DNA of 64,000 bases from Longimicrobiales bacterium (GTDB lineage Bacteria > Gemmatimonadota > Gemmatimonadetes > Longimicrobiales > Gaopeijiaceae): the NCBI GenBank assembly GCA_965238005.1, contig OZ250165.1, positions 4,512,001-4,576,000 on the forward strand, written 5' to 3'. This document shows, one piece after another, positions 57,450 to 64,000 of the stretch. The number at the start of each line of letters is the position of its first letter. Within the stretch, counting starts at the first letter, position 1. The translations under genes were made by a program, and so were the position numbers. The notes below the pieces were generated by a model that had not been told where the DNA came from, did not search any database, and was given only the letters and a program-made list of their open reading frames with translations.

Positions 57450-57663
57450 CTCGACGGACAGCGACGGGGACGTGCATACAGTCGCTTGAAGGACACGTTC
57501 CGCTCGCTGGGTGTTGAGAGGGATGTGGGGCCCGACCCGCGGAGAGGCGATGGGGTGCCAGCAGTAGGGCTGTCGCGGACGACCGTGGGTCCCTTGTGCC
57601 CGATATGCCCGTCGCCGCACCTTGCGAGCACCACCGCTCTTCCTCCAGTAGCAGGACCTCGCC

Positions 57664-58087
57664 ATGGTCACCTTCACGCTCAACGGGCGGCCCCGGGAGG
57701 TCGACGTCCCTGAAGATACCCCACTCCTGTGGGTTCTCCGGGACACCATCAAGCTCACCGGCACCAAGTTCGGATTTGGGATGGGCCTGTGTGGGGCCTG
57801 CACGGTCCATGTGAACGACACCCCGGCCCGCTCGTGCATGACGGCCATCGGCACGGTCGCAGGAGCCGAGGTGACGACCATCGAGGGACTCTCTCCCAGC
57901 GACAACGCCTCCCGAGGGACGAGCTCGGGGAATCTCTGTGGTGGAGTCCTTCGGCTCATATGTGGCCGAGGTGGCCGAGGTTTCCGTGGACGGGGACAAG
58001 CCCCGCGTCCACAAGCTCTGGTGTGCGATCGACTGCGGCGCCCTCACCGGTCAGCGGATCAGGGAGCTGCCGATTCAGGTGGACTGA
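57664..58087 (+). pseudogene. Collapsed relic of an isoquinoline-1-oxidoreductase-like (iorA/iorB) operon
   Basis: The first [2Fe-2S] domain has KFGFGMGLCGAC (first Cys replaced by Phe). It is followed, in another frame, by IorB-like [24 protein letters not shown]...WCAIDCG joined to [12 protein letters not shown]. Confidence 0.85.
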
Positions 58088-58203
58088 GGCGAGAAGGCGG
58101 GGGCTCCAGTCCACCTCGGCGAATACTCTGGCCTGTGGTGCACCGGCCTCCCCCTGATACCTTTGGCATCACCATCTCAAGCCCTGTACACGGTAGGACC
58201 CGA

Positions 58204-60462
58204 GTGAAGACCACCCGACTGAAGCTGGCCGCCCTCCTCGCCTTTTGCCCGTCTTCGCTTCTCGCTCAGCAAGAAGCCCCCGCCCCCGGGTCCATCGGGA
58301 GCATTCCGTCGCTTGAGCCAGGGATCGCGACGGCGTCACGGGTGACCGATCCCCCAACCATCGACGGCCGTCTCGATGATGCGGCGTGGCAGCAGGCCGC
58401 TCCCATGACGGATTTCACACAGCGCGAGCCAAGGGACGGACAGCCGGCGTCCGAGAGGACCGAAGTCCGGGTGGTATTCGACGACGAAGCCCTGTACGTC
58501 GGCGTTTGGGCGTTGGACCGACAGCCCGACGACATCGTCCCCGGGGAGCGGATTCGGGACTATCGAGTGGACGAGAGCGACAACGTCGTGCTGATCCTGG
58601 ACACATACAACGACGAGCAGAACGGATTCGTGTTCGGCACGACCCCTGCCGGCATCGAGTACGACGGCCAGGTCGCCAACGAGGGCCAGGGCGGGGGGCG
58701 CTTCCTAGGGGGTGGGTTCAACAACCGACGACGCTTCCAGTCGGGAGCGGGAGCCGGCTTCAACAAGAACTGGGACGGGAGCTGGACCGTGGCCACCTCC
58801 ATCGACGGGCGGGGGTGGTACGCCGAGTTCCGGATCCCCTTCAACACGCTGCGCTACGGAGCGCAGAACGACTCCTGGGGCTTCAACGTGTCCCGGCGGG
58901 TCCGACGGCTGAACGAGGAATCGTTCTGGTCGCCCGTGCCACGGGAGTTCAACCTCTACAGGCTCAACTACGCCGGCGATCTCGAGGGTCTCTCGCCCCC
59001 GTTCCGGCGCCTGGCCACCGTCACGCCGTACCTGTTGACCTCGACGGAGCGGAACTACGAGGCCGGCGAGACGTCCTTCGGAGAGGACGCCGAGTTCGGC
59101 GGCGAGGCGAAGCTGCAGATCACGCAGGGACTGACCTTCGACATGACGGTGAACACCGACTTCGCCCAGGTCGAGGTGGACGATCAGCAGGTCAACCTCA
59201 CCCGCTTCTCACTCCTCTTCCCCGAGAAGCGGCCGTTCTTCCTGGAGAACGCGGGCTTCTTCACCGTAGGCGCGGGCGGCGCCGACCTCTTCTTCAGCCG
59301 GCAGATCGGCATCGCCGACGGCGAGCGGGTGCCCATCGAGGGCGGGGGCCGGCTCTCTGGGAAAGCCGGGGGCTTCAACATCGGCCTCCTCCACATCCAG
59401 ACGGACGGGAAGGCGGGGGGGCCGGCGGGCAATGCCTACTCCGTCGCCCGGGTCGCCCGGGAGCTGCCCAACCGATCACGGGTGGGAGCATTGTTCGTAA
59501 ACAGGAGCGGCGAGGCATCCGGTGACTACAACCGGACCTTCTCGGCGGACGCACGGGTGGGCATCGGACAGGCCTTGACGCTCACATCCTTCGTGGCGGG
59601 GACCGAGACTCCCGGGCTCGCAGGCGACGAGCACGCGTTCGACGCCAGCGCCGGATGGAGCAGCCGGAGTTGGAGGGGCACCCTCACGGTCCGCGAGATC
59701 GGCGAGTCCTTCAACCCCGAGGTGGGCTTCCTGCCCCGGAGCGGCTACCGCTACTACCAGGGATACATCCAGCGCTTCGTCCGTCCTGATCGGGTCCTCC
59801 GGGAGATCCGCCCCCACGTTTCGTACTTCACGTACCGGAGCCGGAAGAGCGAGGTCGAGCACAACTTCGAGGAGTCCGGTCGCCTGCACATCGACACCCA
59901 CTGGGAGTGGCCGAGCGGAATGGAGTTCCACACGGGCGCCAACTGGGTGCGGGAGGGGCTCTACGAGCCATTCGAGATCGCCGGCACCGACGTGGTCGTC
60001 CCGACGGGTACCTACGACGGATGGGAGGCGGCCTTCGTGTTCAACACGAACCGTTCGGCCGACCTGTCGTTCGACGGCCGGCTCAACGTGGGGAGCTTCC
60101 TCTCCGGGGACCGCCTGAATAGCTCAGCTACGATCACGTTGCGGAGTGGAGCGGCCTTCAGCACCTCGCTCAGGCTGGTGTACAACGACGTCAATCTCCC
60201 CGAGGGCAACTTCGAGACCACCCTGGTGGGCGTGAACTTCGGGTACTTCTTCACCCCGCGGATCTATCTACAGTCCCTGATCCAGTACAGTGATCAGATT
60301 GATCGCCTGGTGGCGAACGTGCGCTTTGGATGGCTGAACACGGCGGGGACCGGCCTGTTCATCGTCTACAACGATATCCAGGGCGTCGACGCCCTCGACG
60401 GGCCCCTGGGTCGCTCGCTGATCGTGAAGTTCACGCGCCAGCTCAGCGTGCTCGGGGGGTAG
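58204..60462 (+). CDS. DUF5916 / CBM9-like domain exported protein (paralog of 55072-57393)
   Basis: GTG at 58204 after AGGA; signal peptide LLA-Q; DGRLDDAAW, NTDFAQVEVD and FPEKRPFFLEN. Confidence 0.88.
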   Translation: MKTTRLKLAALLAFCPSSLLAQQEAPAPGSIGSIPSLEPGIATASRVTDPPTIDGRLDDAAWQQAAPMTDFTQREPRDGQPASERTEVRVVFDDEALYVGVWALDRQPDDIVPGERIRDYRVDESDNVVLILDTYNDEQNGFVFGTTPAGIEYDGQVANEGQGGGRFLGGGFNNRRRFQSGAGAGFNKNWDGSWTVATSIDGRGWYAEFRIPFNTLRYGAQNDSWGFNVSRRVRRLNEESFWSPVPREFNLYRLNYAGDLEGLSPPFRRLATVTPYLLTSTERNYEAGETSFGEDAEFGGEAKLQITQGLTFDMTVNTDFAQVEVDDQQVNLTRFSLLFPEKRPFFLENAGFFTVGAGGADLFFSRQIGIADGERVPIEGGGRLSGKAGGFNIGLLHIQTDGKAGGPAGNAYSVARVARELPNRSRVGALFVNRSGEASGDYNRTFSADARVGIGQALTLTSFVAGTETPGLAGDEHAFDASAGWSSRSWRGTLTVREIGESFNPEVGFLPRSGYRYYQGYIQRFVRPDRVLREIRPHVSYFTYRSRKSEVEHNFEESGRLHIDTHWEWPSGMEFHTGANWVREGLYEPFEIAGTDVVVPTGTYDGWEAAFVFNTNRSADLSFDGRLNVGSFLSGDRLNSSATITLRSGAAFSTSLRLVYNDVNLPEGNFETTLVGVNFGYFFTPRIYLQSLIQYSDQIDRLVANVRFGWLNTAGTGLFIVYNDIQGVDALDGPLGRSLIVKFTRQLSVLGG

Positions 60463-60533
60463 GGGGCACCGGGTACCCGCTCGTCCGCCGACGGACCGAC
60501 TGGCCCCCACGCCAGGGCCGTGCAAAAGCCCAG

Positions 60534-61523
60534 CTAGGCGTCGCGCACGGCCCTCTTCACCAGATTCTCCATGAGCGGGATCTTGAAGTGGTTGTGGTTC
60601 AAGGGCTCCGCTCCGCGGACCGCCAAGGCACCGGCGAGCTCGGCCGTCTCCTCGTTCTTGACGCGTCCCGTGATGAGCGCCTCAACGTCCGTGAGCCGCC
60701 GCGGCGTGCACTGCACCCCGCCGCACGCGATGCGGGCGCCCTCGATACGGTCGCCCTCCACTCTCAGCGCTGCAGCGACGTTAACCAGGGCGAAGTCCCA
60801 GCTGCCACGATCGGCGACCTTCTCGAAGTAGAAGCTGGCGCCGGCCCACGTGTTGGGGATCCGGATCTGGGTCAAGAGATCATCCGGCTTGAGTGCGGTC
60901 ATCCGCGTGATGTCCACTGAGGGCTTCATGAAGAAGTCCTCGGCGGCCACGACTCGCTCGCCGCCCGAGTTCTGGATGACCATGGAGGCGTCCAGCGCCA
61001 CGAGCGCAGGTGCGGGGTCGGAGGGAGTCACCGCGACGCACCGGCTGGCGTCGAAGAGACAGTGTTCCCGGTTCACCCCCACCGGCGTGTTGGCGTAGCA
61101 GGTGTTGCCCCCGGCCCTGTAGCAGGAGAGCCCGTAGCGGTAGTACCAGCAGCGCGTGTCCTGGCAGAGGTTGCCGCCCAGCGTGCCGGAGTTCCGAATC
61201 TGCGGGCTCGCCACCACCCCCGCCGCCTCCGCGAGCAATCCATATTGCTCCTGGATGACGGGATGACGCTCGACGGCCGTGAGCGTCGTCATGGCTCCGA
61301 TCTCGATGCCGTCGGTGGCCTCCCGGATGCCCTCGAGCCCAGCGATTCCCGCCAAGTCGATGACGGCGGAAGGTTGCTTGCCCCGGTCCTTGAACCAGTC
61401 GAGGCTGTCTTGTCCGCCGGCGATCGTCCAGCAGTCTTCGCCGAAGCGATCGAGGAGGGCGAATGCGTTGTCCAGGTCCGCCGGCTGAAACAGCTCGAAG
61501 TGCGACATCATGTCCTTCAACAT
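60534..61523 (-). CDS. Xanthine dehydrogenase family FAD-binding subunit with a [4Fe-4S] insertion (PaoB/YagS-like)
   Basis: Motifs AGGQD, ASPQIRNSGTLGGNLCQDTRCWYYR...C...C...C and SDPAPAL. Confidence 0.9.
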   Translation of the reverse strand: MLKDMMSHFELFQPADLDNAFALLDRFGEDCWTIAGGQDSLDWFKDRGKQPSAVIDLAGIAGLEGIREATDGIEIGAMTTLTAVERHPVIQEQYGLLAEAAGVVASPQIRNSGTLGGNLCQDTRCWYYRYGLSCYRAGGNTCYANTPVGVNREHCLFDASRCVAVTPSDPAPALVALDASMVIQNSGGERVVAAEDFFMKPSVDITRMTALKPDDLLTQIRIPNTWAGASFYFEKVADRGSWDFALVNVAAALRVEGDRIEGARIACGGVQCTPRRLTDVEALITGRVKNEETAELAGALAVRGAEPLNHNHFKIPLMENLVKRAVRDA

Positions 61524-61533
61524 GGGCGGCTCC

Positions 61534-63930
61534 TCACGGCGTGTTGACTTGCAGCGGTGTATGCGACTGCGGCTGCCCCGACGCGGCGTTCACGATCATG
61601 TCCGGCACCACGGGCGTCCGGTTGAAGTAGTGACCGCCCAGCGCGTCGGAAATAGCGCACAACAGCGCGGCGCCGGCACACCCCATTGTGGGCTCTCCCA
61701 CCCCCTTGGACCCTACGGGGTTCTGGGGGTCGGGCTTGTTCACGGCCGCCCACCCCATCTCCAGGGGCCCGTCCAGAAAGGACGGCGGCTTGGTCTGATG
61801 CAGACCGATGGTGCCCGGCAAACCGTATTGGGGGTCGTAGATGTGGCGCTCCAGAGTCGCCATGCCGAAGCCCTGCACGGCCCCGCCCTTTATCTGGGTG
61901 GCAAGCCCCTGGGGATGGATCACGGTTCCGCAATCTGCTACTCCCAGGTAGTCGAGAATCTCGAACTGACCCGTCTCCACGTCGAGCTCGATCCGGATGA
62001 ATCCGGCCGCCAACGCGGGAACGGTCCCGTTGCGCTCCAGGTTGTCCTTGGCCACGCCGACCAGGCCGCTGCCGGCGAGGCCCGCCACGGCGGACTTGGT
62101 CATTTGGTTGAGGTCGTCGGGGACCTCATGGCCGCTGTATTTGCCGCCCAGCTCGACGGCCCGGCGGGCCGCGGCCGCGTAGCTGAGGCGCCGCGACGGA
62201 TTGGCACTCGCGAATACGGTCTCGTTGCCGATGTCGTAGTCGCTCGGCGAGCCGCCCAGCTCCATGGCCGCGATCTCGGTGAGCTTCTGGACGGCGTCCA
62301 TGGCGGGGACGTAGTTGGTCCGGGTCATGGTGAACGACGTGTTGCTGCCGAACTGACCCAGGTTCCAGGGCAGACCCCTGCTCGAGTCGCCGCGGTGGAT
62401 CTCACAGTTCTCCCACTGCATCTCGAGGACCTCGGCGGCGACCCGCGACGTCCCCGCGTAGGAGAACGTGCCCAGGTTGCCCGCGCCCGTGTGAATGTGG
62501 AGCTTGCCGTCTGGCGTGATCCGGACCAGGCCGTCGTACCCGCTCGATCCCGCCGCGTGGAAAGCCTGCCCGACGCCGACCCCGATGACCTTGGAGCCGC
62601 GACGCTGGCCGCTCTGGGCCTTCTTGCCCTCCCAGTCGAACTGCGCGGCGCCGATGTCCAAGGCCTCGCGCATGTAGGCGCTGGTGACGGGCCCCTGATT
62701 GGGACCGTACCGCGAGTCGTTGTCCGGGGCATTGATCCGGCGGATCTCCACCTGATCGATTCCCAGCTGGTGGGCGGCTTTGTCGAGGAGCGGCTCGACG
62801 GCCGTCGCGATCTGGTTCTGGCCGGGACCCCGCTGTGCGCCGGTGGCCGGCGTATTGGTCAGGACGGGAATCCCCCGGAACCGCATGGCCAGCGGCGTAT
62901 AGACGATCGATACGGCGCTGCTGGCCGAATTCCAGTCTCCCCCGCCCGAGTTGGGACCGTTCTCCTGAACGATGTACAGGTCCACCGCCGTCACCCGTCC
63001 GTCATCGCGAAACCCCATCTTGATGCGGCCCTGGAAGCCGGGGCGTGCGGAGCCGATGAAGTTCTCTTCGGCGCGGCTGATGCGCATCAGCACGGGCCGC
63101 CCCGTCTTCTTGGCCATGTAGGCCGGGACGGCCATGACGGGGTAGGCGCTCCCCTTCGAGCCGAAGCCTCCACCGCAGAACTCCGCGATGTAGACCAGGT
63201 CGTCGGGCTCGATCCCGAGATAGCTCGCGAGACCCGGCACCACGTAGCTCTGGCTCTGGGTCGATCCGTAGAGGTAGCACTTCCCGTTCTGCCAGTACGC
63301 CATGGCGCTCCGGGGCTCCATGGAGTGGTGGGATATGTTCGCGGTCACGAAGGTCTCGTCGAGCACCAGCGACGCCTCGGCGAACCCGGCCTCCACGTCA
63401 CCGTACGACCACTCGGCCAACGGCTCCCCCATGGGCAGCCTACCCTCGCCAGCCTTCGCGAAGTCCTCGGCGGTCCACTTGCGCTCTTGAACGCCTTCTC
63501 CCCGCACCACCGTGTTGCCGTCCGTCCTGGCGTTGGGTCCGCCCGGGCGGAGGCTGTCCAGCGGGTCGACGCAGAACGGCAGCGGCTCCAGATCCAACTT
63601 GATGGCCGCGATGGCGTTCTGGGCCGTGGTCTCGTCGACGGCCGCAACCGCCAGAATCGGCTCGCCCACGTAGTGGGGCTCGTTGGTCAGGATGGGATTT
63701 CCTGGTGCGGGGATCTCGGGGACCTCGTCTGCGGTCAGGATGGCGAGGACGCCCTCCATGCTCAGCGCCTCCGACGCGTCGATGCTCCGCACACGGCCGT
63801 GGGGCATGGGGCTCGTCAGGAGCCGGCAGTGGAGCATGCCATCCGCCCGGAAATCCTCTGCGTACTTTGCCCTTCCCGTCACTTTGGCTCGGAGATCAGG
63901 AGGGGCGAAATTCTCACCGATAAGTGCCAT
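61534..63930 (-). CDS. Xanthine dehydrogenase family molybdopterin-binding subunit
   Basis: Motifs KVTGRAKYAED, MEPRS, STQ, GGGFGSK, RGPG, QIKGGAVQGFG and KGVGEP. Confidence 0.93.
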   Translation of the reverse strand: MALIGENFAPPDLRAKVTGRAKYAEDFRADGMLHCRLLTSPMPHGRVRSIDASEALSMEGVLAILTADEVPEIPAPGNPILTNEPHYVGEPILAVAAVDETTAQNAIAAIKLDLEPLPFCVDPLDSLRPGGPNARTDGNTVVRGEGVQERKWTAEDFAKAGEGRLPMGEPLAEWSYGDVEAGFAEASLVLDETFVTANISHHSMEPRSAMAYWQNGKCYLYGSTQSQSYVVPGLASYLGIEPDDLVYIAEFCGGGFGSKGSAYPVMAVPAYMAKKTGRPVLMRISRAEENFIGSARPGFQGRIKMGFRDDGRVTAVDLYIVQENGPNSGGGDWNSASSAVSIVYTPLAMRFRGIPVLTNTPATGAQRGPGQNQIATAVEPLLDKAAHQLGIDQVEIRRINAPDNDSRYGPNQGPVTSAYMREALDIGAAQFDWEGKKAQSGQRRGSKVIGVGVGQAFHAAGSSGYDGLVRITPDGKLHIHTGAGNLGTFSYAGTSRVAAEVLEMQWENCEIHRGDSSRGLPWNLGQFGSNTSFTMTRTNYVPAMDAVQKLTEIAAMELGGSPSDYDIGNETVFASANPSRRLSYAAAARRAVELGGKYSGHEVPDDLNQMTKSAVAGLAGSGLVGVAKDNLERNGTVPALAAGFIRIELDVETGQFEILDYLGVADCGTVIHPQGLATQIKGGAVQGFGMATLERHIYDPQYGLPGTIGLHQTKPPSFLDGPLEMGWAAVNKPDPQNPVGSKGVGEPTMGCAGAALLCAISDALGGHYFNRTPVVPDMIVNAASGQPQSHTPLQVNTP

Positions 63931-63931
63931 C

Positions 63932-64000
63932 TCAGACCTCCTGCGCCGCGCGCATGACCCCGTTCAGGTAATGATCGTAGGCACCGCATCGGCAGATGTT
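63932..64000 (-). CDS. C-terminus of a (2Fe-2S)-binding subunit, truncated by the window edge
   Basis: Manual translation NICRCGAYDHYLNGVMRAAQEV*. Confidence 0.85.
   Translation of the reverse strand, partial: NICRCGAYDHYLNGVMRAAQEV

Noticed and set aside
57664..60462. 932-aa [2Fe-2S]-DUF5916 fusion protein
   Set aside because: The ferredoxin part lacks a Cys ligand and its second domain, the linker is out-of-frame iorB debris, and a proper RBS, GTG and signal peptide occur at 58204.
61510..63957. 815-aa plus-strand ORF and similar long antisense ORFs (e.g. 3136-4377, 5622-6959, 12503-13696, 40634-42202)
   Set aside because: These are shadow frames of well-supported genes on the opposite strand in GC-rich DNA, with no motifs and skewed composition.

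Overview
GC-rich bacterial chromosomal window. The gene content and a diagnostic kinase relic suggest Gemmatimonadota, which is an inference. It is densely coding, and I saw no rRNA, tRNA or CRISPR array. The standout region is an ~18.5 kb cluster (4465-23032). Its extracytoplasmic half has two signal-peptide-bearing caspase-family (C14) proteases with intact His/Cys dyads, two CsgG-like/TPR proteins, a predicted outer-membrane barrel, a FecR/DUF928-like secreted protein and a large surface lipoprotein with receptor-L-domain-like repeats. Its signalling half has a CHASE2 class III adenylate cyclase (split by a 1-nt frameshift), a GAF-HD-GYP and an MBL-fold phosphodiesterase, and a cNMP-binding protein fused to a degenerate PP2C/SpoIIE domain. 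Together these look like an extracytoplasmic proteolysis/cAMP signalling circuit. A second feature is a family of four structured MITE-like repeats bounded by inverted repeats; two copies are flanked by CTAG at both ends, one at one end only, and two share their CTAG with TAG stop codons. The right half holds housekeeping and metabolic genes: a GyrA/ParC-type topoisomerase subunit, an ECF sigma/anti-sigma pair, queE, queG, lat, peptidases, two DUF5916 proteins and a xanthine-dehydrogenase-family operon. It also has a DUF222-HNH element and many eroded relics (in-frame-collapsed proline dehydrogenase, collapsed iorAB, chrBA, AlbA, kinase and TonB-receptor fragments). All family assignments come from motif recognition by eye, not from database searches.
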